Below the pieces are notes generated by a model, which worked only from the letters and a program-made list of their open reading frames with translations, had not been told where the DNA came from and ran no database searches. Below, piece by piece: positions 28,647-39,294 of a stretch of DNA of 60,175 nt; position 1 is the first letter of the stretch; each line of letters starts with the position of its first letter. The translations under genes were made by a program, and so were the position numbers. Source of the stretch: Gemmatimonadales bacterium (GTDB lineage: Bacteria; Gemmatimonadota; Gemmatimonadetes; Gemmatimonadales; GWC2-71-9); the NCBI GenBank assembly GCA_045403135.1, contig JAXIPC010000004.1:1-60175 (forward strand), written 5' to 3'.

Positions 28647-29119
28647 CGCGCCTCCACGGTCGCCACCGCCAGCACGGCGACGCCTTCGCCCCGCCCGACG
28701 AAGCCCATCCCCTCGTTGGTCTTGGCCTTGATCCCCACGGCGTCGGGGGCGATGCCGAGCTCGCCGGCGATCGCCTGGGCCATCGCGACTTTGTACACGC
28801 CGAGGTGAGGCTTCTCGCAGATGATGGTGACGTCGGCCTGGAGCGGGTGAAATCCCATCCGGTTGATATGCTCGCGCGCGAGGCGCAGAATCACCAGCGA
28901 GTCGGCGTCTTTCCACTTGGGATCGGAATCCGGGAAAAGCCCGCCCATGTCTCCGGCGCCCGCCGCGCCCAGGATCGCGTCGGTCACGGCGTGGGCTACC
29001 GCGTCAGCGTCGGAGTAGCCGAGCAGCCCCTTCTCGAACGCGATCCGCTGGCCGCCCAGAATGAAGGGCCGGCCCTCGGCGAAGCGATGGGAATCGTAGC
29101 CGATGCCCACCCGGATCAC
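28643..29119 (-). CDS. ispF: 2-C-methyl-D-erythritol 2,4-cyclodiphosphate synthase
   Basis: IRVGIGYDSHRF.., ..GYSDADAVAHA.., ..GLFPDSDPKWK... GTGA overlap with the upstream gene. Confidence 0.9.
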   Translation of the reverse strand: MIRVGIGYDSHRFAEGRPFILGGQRIAFEKGLLGYSDADAVAHAVTDAILGAAGAGDMGGLFPDSDPKWKDADSLVILRLAREHINRMGFHPLQADVTIICEKPHLGVYKVAMAQAIAGELGIAPDAVGIKAKTNEGMGFVGRGEGVAVLAVATVEAR

Positions 29120-30174
29120 GCGGCGACCGCTTCCGCCTCGATCATCGAGTAGTCCTGCCGGCGGCGCCGGACCTGGTAGCCGGCGTCCCTGATGCACCGC
29201 TCCATTTCGGAGATCGTGGCCCGATGGGTGGTGCCGGCGGAAGAGACCACGTTCTCTTCCATCATGAGGCTGCCGAAGTCGTTGGCCCCGAACCGGAGCG
29301 CCACCTGTCCCACCTTGAGCCCCATGGTCACCCACGACGACTGCAGGTTGGGGACGTTGCCCAGGATGATGCGCGCCATGGCGAGGATCCGCAGGTAGGT
29401 GACGGCGTCGGTTTTGGGGGTGCCGGCCATGCCGGTGCCCTCGGGCTGCAGCGGCCAGCAGATGAAGGCCGTGAAGCCGCCGCTGCGGCGCTGCACTTCC
29501 CGCACCCGGAAGAGATGCTCCACCCGGTCGGCCAGCGACTCGCCCAGCCCGTACATCATCGTCACCGAGGTCTTCATCCCCTGGCGGTGGGCTTCCTCCT
29601 GGACGCCGAGCCATTCGTCGGTCTGGGCCTTCTTCTTCGCGACGCGCTGGCGGATCTCGTCGACCAGAATCTCCCCGCCCCCGCCCGGTATGCTGTCCAG
29701 GCCGGCGGCACGAAGCTGCCGGATCACCTCTGAAACCGGCATCCCGAACCGCTCCCCGAAGAACACCACCTCCGACGGCGAGAAGCCGTGGATATGGATC
29801 GGATGGTTCTTCTTGATGTACTGCATCAGCTCGAGGTACCACTCGAACGGGATGTAGGGATTGTGCCCGCCCTGGAGCAGGATCTGCACTCCGCCCAGCG
29901 CCTTACACTCGTCGATCTTCTCGCCGATCTTCTCGAACGGGAGCACGTACCCTTCGGCGTGCTTGGGCCGCCGGTAGAACGCGCAGAACGCACAGTCCGC
30001 CACGCACACGTTGGTGTAATTGATGTTCCGGTCGATGATGTACGTCACCACCTCTTCGGGGTGGTGGCGGTATCGCTCGGCGTCGGCCAGGCGGCCCAGC
30101 TCGAGCAGGGGCGCGCGCTCATACAACTCGAGGTAATCTCGAAACTCTCCTGACGCTCGATCCACTACGTCCAT
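29116..30174 (-). CDS. mqnC: radical SAM menaquinone (futalosine pathway) enzyme, probably MqnC
   Basis: ..NINYTNVCVADCAFCAFYR.., ..GGFTAFICWPLQPEGT... ATG 30174; the 39 upstream codons of the ORF run through a repeat element. The MqnC versus MqnE assignment is tentative. Confidence 0.7.
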   Translation of the reverse strand: MDVVDRASGEFRDYLELYERAPLLELGRLADAERYRHHPEEVVTYIIDRNINYTNVCVADCAFCAFYRRPKHAEGYVLPFEKIGEKIDECKALGGVQILLQGGHNPYIPFEWYLELMQYIKKNHPIHIHGFSPSEVVFFGERFGMPVSEVIRQLRAAGLDSIPGGGGEILVDEIRQRVAKKKAQTDEWLGVQEEAHRQGMKTSVTMMYGLGESLADRVEHLFRVREVQRRSGGFTAFICWPLQPEGTGMAGTPKTDAVTYLRILAMARIILGNVPNLQSSWVTMGLKVGQVALRFGANDFGSLMMEENVVSSAGTTHRATISEMERCIRDAGYQVRRRRQDYSMIEAEAVAA

Positions 30175-30220
30175 GCTTCGCCTTTCAGTCGCCGCGAGGG
30201 GGCGCAGTCCCCGTATTGCA

Positions 30221-30295
30221 GTCATCGCGAGGGCGCGGAGCGCCTGTGGCGATCTCGGTCGGATTGCTTCGGCGACTGCGCCGCCTCGCAATGAC
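30221..30295. repeat. nested-palindrome intergenic repeat, full unit (copy B), preceded by a half unit at 30186-30220
   Basis: GTCATCGCGAG [GGCGC-GGA-GCGCC] [..GGCGATC-TCGGTCG-GATTGCTTC] [GGCG-ACTG-CGCC] ..CTCGCAATGAC. Same architecture as 9216-9288. Confidence 0.7.
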
Positions 30296-30303
30296 TCCTC
30301 GTG

Positions 30304-31134
30304 TCAAGCCGCCGTGATGAAGCTCAGACTCCCGTCCGGCACCAGCCCGTCCTGCGCCAGCCGCCGGAAGAAATCGGTGAGTCCGGCCAAATGCCGATAG
30401 CTCAGCGCGTAGTCCAGGTCGTCCAGGTAGGCGCGGCAAACCGCCTGGTCGATTCCGGTGTTGCTTGACGCAAGCTCCGCCAGCTCATCGAGGTGGTCCA
30501 GGCCCCAGGTCCGCCCCGCCAGCAGCGACCGGTGAATACCCTGCACCGCCCGGTGATCCGACTCGCGCCGGGCCGCCCACACCGCGAAGACGAACGGCAG
30601 CCCGGTCCATTCTTTCCAGGCGCTGCCGAGATCGGTCACGAACGGATACTGCGCGTCGGCCGCCAGCATCAACGCGGCGTCGCCGATCACGAGCACCGCC
30701 TCGTGGGGAAACCCACGGAGCGCGCCCAGGTCGCTCGACTCGGCGCGGACCGTGGCGAACTTCGGCCACACCCCCCAGCGATGGGTGCAGAGCAGCTCGA
30801 GCAGCAGGACCGAGGTGCGGGAGGAGGAGGTGCGGAGCACCGTCGCACCATCCAGCTCGTGGGCCGGTCGCCTGCTGAACAGCATCACACTGTGCACCGG
30901 TCCGTCACAGGTGATGGCCAGGTCGGGCAGGAGATGGTACGCGGCGGCGTTCCGCGCGTACTCCACCGCTGAGACGACCGACACATCGAGCTCTCCCGCG
31001 GCGAGCAAGTCGTTCAAATCGGCGGCGGTGCCGGTGATCAGCTCCGCATGTACCTCGACACGGCCCCGATCGAGCGCGGTGTAGATCGGGTAACAGTTGA
31101 TCCAGGGAATCCGGCCCAGGCGCATGGCGGTCAC
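30304..31134 (-). CDS. mqnA: chorismate dehydratase MqnA (futalosine pathway)
   Basis: MRLGRIPWINCYPIY.. N-terminus and periplasmic-binding-protein-like fold pattern. Sits between two Mqn radical SAM genes. Confidence 0.7.
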   Translation of the reverse strand: MTAMRLGRIPWINCYPIYTALDRGRVEVHAELITGTAADLNDLLAAGELDVSVVSAVEYARNAAAYHLLPDLAITCDGPVHSVMLFSRRPAHELDGATVLRTSSSRTSVLLLELLCTHRWGVWPKFATVRAESSDLGALRGFPHEAVLVIGDAALMLAADAQYPFVTDLGSAWKEWTGLPFVFAVWAARRESDHRAVQGIHRSLLAGRTWGLDHLDELAELASSNTGIDQAVCRAYLDDLDYALSYRHLAGLTDFFRRLAQDGLVPDGSLSFITAA

Positions 31135-32348
31135 GCGGCGTGGACGCGGGGCGCCGCGGCGGCCAGGTTCGCCGGGACATCGATTACGTCGTCGAAGGAC
31201 TCCCGCACCGGCTGATACAGACTGTCCCGCTCGACCGGACGCTTACCGGCGCCTCGAATGAGCCGGACCAGCTCGCTGTAGGGCATGTGCATCGCGGTGG
31301 TGGCTCCGGCCTGATGGTAGATCCGCTCGTAGACCACGGTGCCTTCGAGATCGTCGCAGCCGAAATCGAGCACCACCTGTGACATGAACGGCGTCACCAT
31401 CGGCCAGTGGGTCTTCATGTGGGGAATGTTGTCGAGATAGAGGCGCCCGGCCGCGATATTCTTGAGGTCCTCGTACCCTGTCGTGGCCGAACCGACCCGG
31501 CCGAGCGCTTCGCCGAGCTCGTTGTTCTCGGTGTGATACGCGAGCGGGATATAAGTCAGGAATCCGTGGGTCTCATCCTGGAGCGCGCGGAGCATGCCCA
31601 GGTGCTCGATGCGATCTTCCGCCGTCTCGACGTGGCCGTACAGCATGGTGCAGTTGGTGGGGATGCCCAGCTCATGGGCGGTGCGGTGCACCCGGATCCA
31701 TTCCTCACCGGTGAGCTTCCGCTCCGCGATGGTGGCCCGCACTGCAGTGCTGAATACCTCGGCGCCACCGCCCGGCATGCTGGTAAGGCCGGCCTCCTTG
31801 AGGGCGACCAGCACCTCCCGCTCGCTGGTCCTCTCGATCCGGGCCAGGTGCGCGATTTCCACCGCGGTGAGTGCCTTGATGTGGACCTCGGGATGGCGCT
31901 CCCGGAGGCCCCGAATCATGTCGGTGTAATAGGAAAGCCGGAGCTTCGGATGCAGGCCGCCGACGATGTGAAACTCCCGAGTCGGGCCGCCGCGGGCCTG
32001 CTCCGCTTCGTGATAGACCTCTTCCAGCGACCGGGTGTAAGCCCCCTCTTCCTTCGGCACCCGCGCAAAGGAGCAGAAGGTACACGTGTTCCGGAGGATG
32101 CAGACGTTGGTGGGGTTGATGTGCTGGTTGGCGGAGAAGAACACCCGATCGCCGTTGCGGCGCTCGTTGGCGAACGCCGCCAGCTCGCCCAGGCTGAGCA
32201 CATCGGAGGTGTTGAACAGCGCCACGCCATCCTCCGGCGTGAGCCGGACACCGGCCAGCACCTTGTCCGCGATCGGGCGCAGCGCGGCATCTCGAAAACG
32301 GGCGGGGTCCACCTGAAGCGGCATCCTATCTCCGTGAACGGACGACAC
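31131..32348 (-). CDS. mqnE: radical SAM menaquinone (futalosine pathway) enzyme, probably aminodeoxyfutalosine synthase MqnE
   Basis: ..NPTNVCILRNTCTFCSFAR.., ..HGFLTYIPLAYHTENN... The start could be ATG 32324. Confidence 0.65.
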   Translation of the reverse strand: MSSVHGDRMPLQVDPARFRDAALRPIADKVLAGVRLTPEDGVALFNTSDVLSLGELAAFANERRNGDRVFFSANQHINPTNVCILRNTCTFCSFARVPKEEGAYTRSLEEVYHEAEQARGGPTREFHIVGGLHPKLRLSYYTDMIRGLRERHPEVHIKALTAVEIAHLARIERTSEREVLVALKEAGLTSMPGGGAEVFSTAVRATIAERKLTGEEWIRVHRTAHELGIPTNCTMLYGHVETAEDRIEHLGMLRALQDETHGFLTYIPLAYHTENNELGEALGRVGSATTGYEDLKNIAAGRLYLDNIPHMKTHWPMVTPFMSQVVLDFGCDDLEGTVVYERIYHQAGATTAMHMPYSELVRLIRGAGKRPVERDSLYQPVRESFDDVIDVPANLAAAAPRVHAA

Positions 32349-32400
32349 TTGGCCGGCGAGGGAAATCTAGCAGGAAAGGCGGGCGGTGAGCCAGCATGGC

Positions 32401-35109
32401 TTACCCGCTCCGGTCCAGCACGTCACGCACCTGGCGGGCCAGATTCCCGACGGTAAACGGCTTGGCGAGGAAGGCGTCGCCGCTGCGCAGCGCGCGTTCG
32501 ATCGCGTCGGAATCCTCGGCGTAGCCGGAGATGTAAAGCACCTTGAGGTCGGGACGACTCCGCTTGAGCTGCATGGCCAGCTCCTCGCCGGTCAAGCCCG
32601 GCATGACGACGTCGGTGAGCAGCAGCTCGATCGGCTCCTCCGAGTCGCCGGCCAGGCGCAAAGCGGTCTCGCCATCTTCGGCCACGAGGACCTTGTACCC
32701 CAAGCCGCGCAGCAGCCGAAGCGCCAGCTCCCTCACCTGAGGCTCGTCCTCCGCGAGCAGAACCACCTCGCCGCCGCGCGGGACCGCGCCGTCGAGCCGG
32801 GTGCCGTGACTGGGGGTGTGCACCAGCTCGGTGCCCTCGGGCAGTGCGGGCAGGATGATGCGGAAGCGGGCCCCTGCTCCCGGCTCACTGATGAGCTCGA
32901 TGCGACCGCCGGCCTGCCGGACGATTCCGTAGCAGGTGGCGAGACCGAGGCCGGTACCTTTCCCGTGCTCCTTGGTGGTGAAGAACGGCTCGAAGATGTG
33001 GGGGTGGTGCTCGGCAGGGATCCCGATGCCGGTGTCGGCGACCTCCAGCACCACCTCCCCACCCTGCTGGAAGGTCCGGATCGTGAGGGAGCCACCGGCC
33101 GGCATCGCGTCCCGCGCGTTGACCGCCAGATTGACGAGGACCTGTTCGATCTGGCCCGGATCCACCAGCACCGCCGACACCTTGGGCGAGAGCTCCGTCA
33201 CCAACGTCACGTCCTCGCCGAGCAAACGCTGGAGCAGCTTCAGGGTTTCCCGGATCAGGTTGTTCGGATTCACCGGCCGCGGCTGCATCACCTGCCGGCG
33301 GGCAAACGCGAGCAGCTGGCGGGTCAGCTCGGAGGCGCGACCGGCCGCCCGGAGGATCTCCTTCAGGTCATCCTCGGCCGGCGAGCCCGCGGGGAGCGAC
33401 TCGGTGGCGATCTGGGCATAGCCCATGACCGCGGTCATGATGTTGTTGAAGTCATGCGCCACGCCGCCCGCCAGCCGTCCAATAGCCTCCATCTTCTGGG
33501 CCTGGGTGAGCTGTCGCTCCAGCCGTTTCTGCTCCTCGACATCGCGAATGATCGCCAGCAGGCACGCCTCACCCTCCATTTCCACCGCGCGGCCCGAGAA
33601 TTCGATCTCCACAACGCGACCATCCTTCCGGCGCAACCCGGCGGGAAGATTCCGGCAGATTCCGTCCCGGCGTACCAGCGCCACCACCTGCTCGCGCTGG
33701 CTCGGGTCGGCCCAGAGCCCGAGCTCGGTCGTGGTCCGACCCATCATTTCTTCCCGGCTGAACCCGCTCATGGCCACGAAGCTGTCGTTCATCTCGACCC
33801 AGAGTCCCGACTCGAGCAAGCATACACCCACTCCATCCGGGCTCAGCTGGAACAGGCTTCGGAACCGTTCCTCCGCTCGACGGGTTTCCGCTTCGATGGC
33901 TTGCCGGCGCCGGATTGCGCGATTGATGGAAAGGAGCGAGGCGGCAGACAGGATCAGCAGTCCGAGCAGCACCGCCCAGCGCATCGCGCGGAGCGGCCCG
34001 TTGATCGGCCCGTCGATCGACGCTTGGGGAATCAGGCTCGCCACCAGCCAACCGGAGGCGGGAATGGTGGACCACAGAAGGTACGCGTTCGTGGTACGCA
34101 CCAGCTGCGGCGCGGCCGAGCCGGCGCCGGACGACCTCGTGAGCAGCCGCACCAGCGTGTCCCGGAGCTCGACATCCGGCAGGTCCTTCAGCCGGCGGCC
34201 GTCGGGCCGGGTCGGATCCCGCGCCGTGTTGCTGTCGGCCAGAATCACCCCGCCGTTTCGGCCGACCAACAGAAACCGCCCGCCGGTTTCGAGCGGGGAG
34301 CGGGCGCTGTAGTCCACCAGCTCCTGCCAGCTCAGATCCTGCCCGACCGACCCGCCCCAACTGGCTCCGCGCTTGAATGGGGCCACTACGCTCACGAACC
34401 AGGCGTCGGTCTTTTCGCTGTGGAAGGGATCGGTCCAGCGGGGGATCCCGGCCGGGTTCACGCTCGGCTCGGCGAACCGCATCCAGTCGGTCTGACTCCA
34501 GTCCTCCGTTGCCGAGAGTTCCCAGGGGAACATCGGCTGATCCGGCACGTACATGACGATCCCGCCGGCGGCGGGACTGATCCACGCGTCGACGAGCTCC
34601 GGGTCGAGGACGCCGGCTCCGAACCGTTCGGTGAGCCGCTTGCCCCGCATGAGAAACGACTTGAACGCCGGATCCACGACGGCCGTCTTGGGCAGATGCA
34701 CCCCCGCCTCATGCGCCGGATCGAACGACTCCTTCCGAGGCCGCCAGGCACCATCGGGGTCGCGGACCATCAGCCGGTCGAAGGCCCTGACCTCGGCGGG
34801 ATCGGCGACGACCGGCTCTCGGGAGAGGAGCCACGCGTAGCGCATGACCCGCTTCTCGGCGGCCGCGGTGCGCTGCTCGACGCCTCGCACCACTTCCCGC
34901 ATCGAATTCTGATGGGAGGTGAGTCGAGTGTCCCGCAGACGGCCTCGGAGGGCGCGCTCGGCCAGGAACAGTCCGGGCACGATCAGGACCGCGGCGACGA
35001 TGAAGAAGTAGCTGCCGACCAGGAGCTGCAACGAAAACGCGCGGGGGCGATCGGGTCCGGAAACACGCGACCCTCCGCCGGACGGGGCCGTGGAGGGTTC
35101 GGAAGACAT
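32401..35109 (-). CDS. hybrid sensor histidine kinase / response regulator
   Basis: TM - about 300-aa extracytoplasmic domain - TM - PAS - H box ([14 protein letters not shown]) - ATPase ([22 protein letters not shown]) - receiver (VLLAEDE.., DVVMPG). Confidence 0.85.
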   Translation of the reverse strand: MSSEPSTAPSGGGSRVSGPDRPRAFSLQLLVGSYFFIVAAVLIVPGLFLAERALRGRLRDTRLTSHQNSMREVVRGVEQRTAAAEKRVMRYAWLLSREPVVADPAEVRAFDRLMVRDPDGAWRPRKESFDPAHEAGVHLPKTAVVDPAFKSFLMRGKRLTERFGAGVLDPELVDAWISPAAGGIVMYVPDQPMFPWELSATEDWSQTDWMRFAEPSVNPAGIPRWTDPFHSEKTDAWFVSVVAPFKRGASWGGSVGQDLSWQELVDYSARSPLETGGRFLLVGRNGGVILADSNTARDPTRPDGRRLKDLPDVELRDTLVRLLTRSSGAGSAAPQLVRTTNAYLLWSTIPASGWLVASLIPQASIDGPINGPLRAMRWAVLLGLLILSAASLLSINRAIRRRQAIEAETRRAEERFRSLFQLSPDGVGVCLLESGLWVEMNDSFVAMSGFSREEMMGRTTTELGLWADPSQREQVVALVRRDGICRNLPAGLRRKDGRVVEIEFSGRAVEMEGEACLLAIIRDVEEQKRLERQLTQAQKMEAIGRLAGGVAHDFNNIMTAVMGYAQIATESLPAGSPAEDDLKEILRAAGRASELTRQLLAFARRQVMQPRPVNPNNLIRETLKLLQRLLGEDVTLVTELSPKVSAVLVDPGQIEQVLVNLAVNARDAMPAGGSLTIRTFQQGGEVVLEVADTGIGIPAEHHPHIFEPFFTTKEHGKGTGLGLATCYGIVRQAGGRIELISEPGAGARFRIILPALPEGTELVHTPSHGTRLDGAVPRGGEVVLLAEDEPQVRELALRLLRGLGYKVLVAEDGETALRLAGDSEEPIELLLTDVVMPGLTGEELAMQLKRSRPDLKVLYISGYAEDSDAIERALRSGDAFLAKPFTVGNLARQVRDVLDRSG

Positions 35110-35126
35110 CGGGATGCCGAATCCGG

Positions 35127-36368
35127 TCAGGCCGAGAAGCGACGCACGGCCAGCGTCACGTTGTGGCCGCCGAATCCGAAGGAATTGGACAAGGCGACGT
35201 CGACCGGTCGTTCAACCATGTGGTTGGGGGCACAGTCTAGGTCGCACTCCGGGTCGGGCGTGATCTGGTTGATGGTGGGCGGCACCTTCCCGGTTCGCAC
35301 CACGAGAAGGGAGATCACGAACTCCAGGGCCCCCGCTCCGCCCAGCAGGTGGCCGGTCATCGATTTGGTGGATGCGAAGATCAGCCGGTGCGCGTGCTTG
35401 CCGAAAACCGCCTTGACCGCCGTGGTCTCCGCGATGTCGCCGAGCGGCGTCGAGGTGCCGTGGGCGTTGATGTAACCGATCGTCTCGGGGGCGATGCCGC
35501 CTTCGGCCAGGCAGGCCAGCATGGCCCGGCGGGCTCCATCGCCATCCGGCGCGGGAGCGGTGATGTGATTGGCATCGGCGCTCATGCCGTAGCCCACGAC
35601 TTCACCGAGAATTGCGGCACCGCGGGAGACGGCATGCTCCAGGCTCTCCAGGACCACCGACGCGCCGCCGTCGGCCAGCACGAAGCCGTCGCGCCCGCGG
35701 TCGAAGGGACGGCTGGCCAGGTGCGGCGCGTCGTTACGGGTCGAGAGCGCCTTCATGTTCTGGAATCCGGCGATGGTGATCCCGGTGATGGCCGCCTCCG
35801 CGCCCCCGGTCACCATACAGTCCGCCGCACCCGCCTTGATCAGCTCGTAGGATTCTCCGATGGCGTGGGCCGAGGAGGCGCAGGCCGAGACGGTACAGAA
35901 GTTGGGACCCCTGAGCCCATAGCGAATGGAGACGTGCCCCGAGGCGATGTCGGGGATGAACATCGGGACGAAGAACGGGGAAACCCGGTCCGGTCCCTTC
36001 TGCAGGTAGATGAGGCACTGCTCTTCGAACGTCATCATCCCGCCGATTCCGCTCCCGATGATGACGCCGGTGCGATCGGGCGCCGGGAATTTCCCTTCCA
36101 GCCCTGCCTCGGTCACCGCCTGGTGCGAAGCCGCCATCGCGAACTGGGCGAAAAGATCCATCCGCTTGGCTTCCTTGCGCTCCAGGTAGACCAGCGGGTC
36201 GAATCCTTTGACCTCGCACGCGAAACGAACCTGAAGCCGGCCCGGATCGAACTTCGTGATCGGCGCCGCTCCGGAGGTGCCGGCGAGGAGGTTGTCCCAG
36301 GTCTGCTGCACGCTGAGGCCAACGGGCGTGACGAGGCCCAGGCCGGTGATGACCACCCGCCGCGCCAT
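35127..36368 (-). CDS. fabF: 3-oxoacyl-ACP synthase II
   Basis: ..VSACASSAHAIG.., ..INAHGTSTPLGD.., ..NSFGFGGHN.. Confidence 0.95.
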   Translation of the reverse strand: MARRVVITGLGLVTPVGLSVQQTWDNLLAGTSGAAPITKFDPGRLQVRFACEVKGFDPLVYLERKEAKRMDLFAQFAMAASHQAVTEAGLEGKFPAPDRTGVIIGSGIGGMMTFEEQCLIYLQKGPDRVSPFFVPMFIPDIASGHVSIRYGLRGPNFCTVSACASSAHAIGESYELIKAGAADCMVTGGAEAAITGITIAGFQNMKALSTRNDAPHLASRPFDRGRDGFVLADGGASVVLESLEHAVSRGAAILGEVVGYGMSADANHITAPAPDGDGARRAMLACLAEGGIAPETIGYINAHGTSTPLGDIAETTAVKAVFGKHAHRLIFASTKSMTGHLLGGAGALEFVISLLVVRTGKVPPTINQITPDPECDLDCAPNHMVERPVDVALSNSFGFGGHNVTLAVRRFSA

Positions 36369-36371
36369 CCG

Positions 36372-36611
36372 CTACTTCCCGAGCTTATCCTGGAGGTACT
36401 TGAGCGCATCGCCGACGGTACGGAGCTTCTCCGCCTCTTCGTCGGGAATGTCGATGTCGAATTCCTTCTCGAACGCCATCACCAGCTCGACGGTGTCGAG
36501 GGAGTCGGCGCCGAGATCCTCCATGAAGCTGGCACTGTCGGTGAGCTTCTCACGCTCCACGCCCAGCTCTTCGACAATGATGTCCTTCACCTTCTCAACC
36601 ATGTCGCTCAT
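36372..36611 (-). CDS. acpP: acyl carrier protein
   Basis: ..[18 protein letters not shown].. Confidence 0.95.
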   Translation of the reverse strand: MSDMVEKVKDIIVEELGVEREKLTDSASFMEDLGADSLDTVELVMAFEKEFDIDIPDEEAEKLRTVGDALKYLQDKLGK

Positions 36612-36644
36612 GCGTCCCTCACGAATGGGTGAATGCGGACAGCG

Positions 36645-37385
36645 TCAGGTGACCATGCCGCCGTCGACGACCAGGACCTGTCCGGTGATGTAGGAGGAGA
36701 GCCCCGAGGCCAGAAAGAGCACCGCTCCGGCGACGTCCGCCGGCTCTCCCAGGCGCCCCAGGGCGATCTGCCCTAATAACGCGTCCCGGGCCTCGGCGGG
36801 CAAGGCGGCCGTCATATCGGTCGAAATGAACCCGGGAGCGATGCAATTGGCCAGCACGTTTCGGCTGGCGTACTCCTTAGCCACCGACTTGGTGAACCCG
36901 ATCAGCCCCGCCTTGCTCGCAGCGTAATTGGCCTGGCCCTTGTTGCCGGTCAGGCCCACGATGCTGGTGATGTTGATGATCCGCCCCGCCCTGCGCTTCA
37001 TCATGCCCTTGATCACCGCCCGCGTGGTGTGGAAAGCGCCCGTCAGGTTGGCGTCGAGCACCGCGCGCCAGTCCTCGTCGGTGAGCCGCAGAAGGAGGTT
37101 ATCCCGGGTGACGCCGGCGTTGTTGACCAGTATCGAGATGGGGCCGAGCCCCCGCTCCGCGCCGGCCACCGCCGCATCCACCTGCGCGGCATCCGCCACG
37201 TCGCAGCCGAACCCCTGAGCGCCGGCTCCGAGCGCGGCCGCAACCTCCTGCGCCGTCTCCAGCTTCCGCCCAACGATCGCGACCTTTGCCCCCGCGGCCT
37301 GAAGCCTTTCCGCGATGGCCCGGCCAATTCCCCGCGTGCTGCCGGTGACGAAGGCCACTTGGCTGGAGAGGTCTATCGCGTTCAT
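36645..37385 (-). CDS. fabG: 3-oxoacyl-ACP reductase
   Basis: ..VTGSTRGIGRAIA.., ..NYAASKAG.. Confidence 0.9.
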   Translation of the reverse strand: MNAIDLSSQVAFVTGSTRGIGRAIAERLQAAGAKVAIVGRKLETAQEVAAALGAGAQGFGCDVADAAQVDAAVAGAERGLGPISILVNNAGVTRDNLLLRLTDEDWRAVLDANLTGAFHTTRAVIKGMMKRRAGRIINITSIVGLTGNKGQANYAASKAGLIGFTKSVAKEYASRNVLANCIAPGFISTDMTAALPAEARDALLGQIALGRLGEPADVAGAVLFLASGLSSYITGQVLVVDGGMVT

Positions 37386-38308
37386 GCCAGGAATTTCTCC
37401 AGTTCCTGAACCGTGCCGAGCGAGAGATACCCGGGCTCCGGGAGGATGCGTTTGAGCAATCCGCCGAGGACGGTGCCGGGGCCGATTTCGATGAAGCCTG
37501 CTCCTGGGGCGAGCGTCGCAAGGACCCGAATCGATTCGACCCAGCGCACCGGTGCGGTAAGCTGCGCCTCGAGGAGGCCACGGGCTTCCGCCGGATCTCG
37601 AACCGGCGCCGCGCTCGCGTTGGCCACGACCGGAAAGGCCGGTGGCGCGAACGAAGTTTGCGCGAGCGCCGCGGCCAATCCGGGAGCCGCGGGGGCCATG
37701 AGGGGCGAATGGAAGGCACCGCTGACCTTGAGCGCTACCACCCGCTTGGCCCCCAGTGCCGTGCAGGCAGCTCCCGCGCGCCCGACCGCCTCCGGGTCGC
37801 CCGAAATCACGGTTTGATCCGGCGCGTTGAGGTTGGCGGGCACCACGGTTTCCCGTCCGCCGGACGCTGCGGCGCAGGCGCCCTCGACGAGGTCGGTGGC
37901 CAGACCGAGTACCGCGGCCATGGCTCCGGGCCGCCGCTCACCGGCCGCCTGCATCAGCTCACCCCGGCGGCGCACCAGTCTCGCGGCATCCACGGCCGAG
38001 AGCGTGCCGGCGGCCACGTACGCGCTGTATTCGCCAAGGCTGTGTCCCGCGGCTCCCGCGACGGCCGGCAGGCGAGGTCCCACCACGGCCAGCACGGCAG
38101 CCGAATGCGCGAGGATGGCGGGCTGGGTCACGTGGGTTTGCTGCAGGTCTTCCGCCGGCCCGTGCCACATCGTCCGGGAAAGCGGGATGCCCAGCGCCTC
38201 ATCGATCGCCAGAAAGGTGTCCCGTGCGGCGGGAAACGCCTCCGCCAGATCCATTCCCATTCCCACCTTTTGGGCGCCCTGTCCGGGGAACAGGAGCAGG
38301 CTCACCAT
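37382..38308 (-). CDS. fabD: malonyl CoA-ACP transacylase
   Basis: MVSLLLFPGQGAQ.., ..AGHSLGEYSA... ATG 38308. Confidence 0.9.
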   Translation of the reverse strand: MVSLLLFPGQGAQKVGMGMDLAEAFPAARDTFLAIDEALGIPLSRTMWHGPAEDLQQTHVTQPAILAHSAAVLAVVGPRLPAVAGAAGHSLGEYSAYVAAGTLSAVDAARLVRRRGELMQAAGERRPGAMAAVLGLATDLVEGACAAASGGRETVVPANLNAPDQTVISGDPEAVGRAGAACTALGAKRVVALKVSGAFHSPLMAPAAPGLAAALAQTSFAPPAFPVVANASAAPVRDPAEARGLLEAQLTAPVRWVESIRVLATLAPGAGFIEIGPGTVLGGLLKRILPEPGYLSLGTVQELEKFLA

Positions 38309-39294
38309 CGGACGACGACGCTGCCCCAGGTGAAGCCGGCGCCGAAGGTCACCAGCAACAGCAGCGAGCCCGGCTTGATGCGTCCTTCCTCGACGCCCTG
38401 GGCGATGGCGATCGGGATCGAGGCGGCTGAGGTGTTGCCGTAGCGGTCCACATTCACCATCACCTTGCTCATCGGCATGCCGGCGTGCTTGGCGGTGGCC
38501 TCGATGATCCGGAGATTGGCCTGGTGGGGAACCATCAGATCGATTTCGCCGGCGCTGACGCCCGCCTTGGCCAGCGCCTCGTCGCAGGCGCGAGCCATGG
38601 CGAGCACCGCGGCTTTGAACACCTCGCGACCGGCCATGCGGATGTAGTGGGTACGCTCCTGCACCACCTTGGCGCTCACCGGCTCGGTGGAGCCCCCCGC
38701 GGCGATATAGAGCAGGTCGGCCAGGGTGCCGTCCGCCCCCAGCACGATGGACAGGATGCCCCGTCCGTCTTCCGTGGCCGGCTCCACGACCGCAGCGCCG
38801 GCGCCATCGCCGAAGAGCACCGCGGTGCTCCGGTCGGTCATGTCGGTGACGCTGGACAGCTTCTCGGCTCCGAGGGCGAGCACCGTCTTGGAGCGGCCGG
38901 ATGCGATGAATCCCTCGGCAATAGCCAGGGCGTAGATCCATCCCGGGCACGCCGCCGCGATATCGAACGCGGCGGCGTTACGCGCCCCCAGCAGCGCCTG
39001 CAGATCGCAGGCGGCGGCGGGCAGCCGGCGGTCGGGACTGATGGTGCCCAACACGATCGCATCGAGCCGCTCCGGACCCACGCCCGCCTTCGCCATCGCG
39101 CAGAGCGACGCGGTGTGGCAAAGCCCGGAGAGCGTCTCCCCCGGCCCGGCGATGCGTCGCTCGCGGATTCCGGTGCGCTCCATGATCCACTGATCGGAGG
39201 TGTCGAGATAGGCCGCAAAATCGGCGTTGGTCACAACCCGGGCGGGCACGGCCGTTCCGAGGCCGGTGATCCGCACGATCGGCCTGGTGCTCAC
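38302..39294 (-). CDS. fabH: 3-oxoacyl-ACP synthase III
   Basis: ..AAACPGWIYAL.., ..VPHQANLRI.., ..YGNTSAASIP... GTG 39294 overlaps the plsX stop. Confidence 0.9.
   Translation of the reverse strand: MSTRPIVRITGLGTAVPARVVTNADFAAYLDTSDQWIMERTGIRERRIAGPGETLSGLCHTASLCAMAKAGVGPERLDAIVLGTISPDRRLPAAACDLQALLGARNAAAFDIAAACPGWIYALAIAEGFIASGRSKTVLALGAEKLSSVTDMTDRSTAVLFGDGAGAAVVEPATEDGRGILSIVLGADGTLADLLYIAAGGSTEPVSAKVVQERTHYIRMAGREVFKAAVLAMARACDEALAKAGVSAGEIDLMVPHQANLRIIEATAKHAGMPMSKVMVNVDRYGNTSAASIPIAIAQGVEEGRIKPGSLLLLVTFGAGFTWGSVVVRW

Noticed and set aside
32386-35475. 1029-aa ORF on the + strand
   Set aside because: It is antisense to the histidine kinase and fabF, with Arg/Gly/Pro/His-rich low-complexity composition typical of stop-free alternative frames in high-GC DNA. 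The opposite strand has clear HK and FabF motifs.
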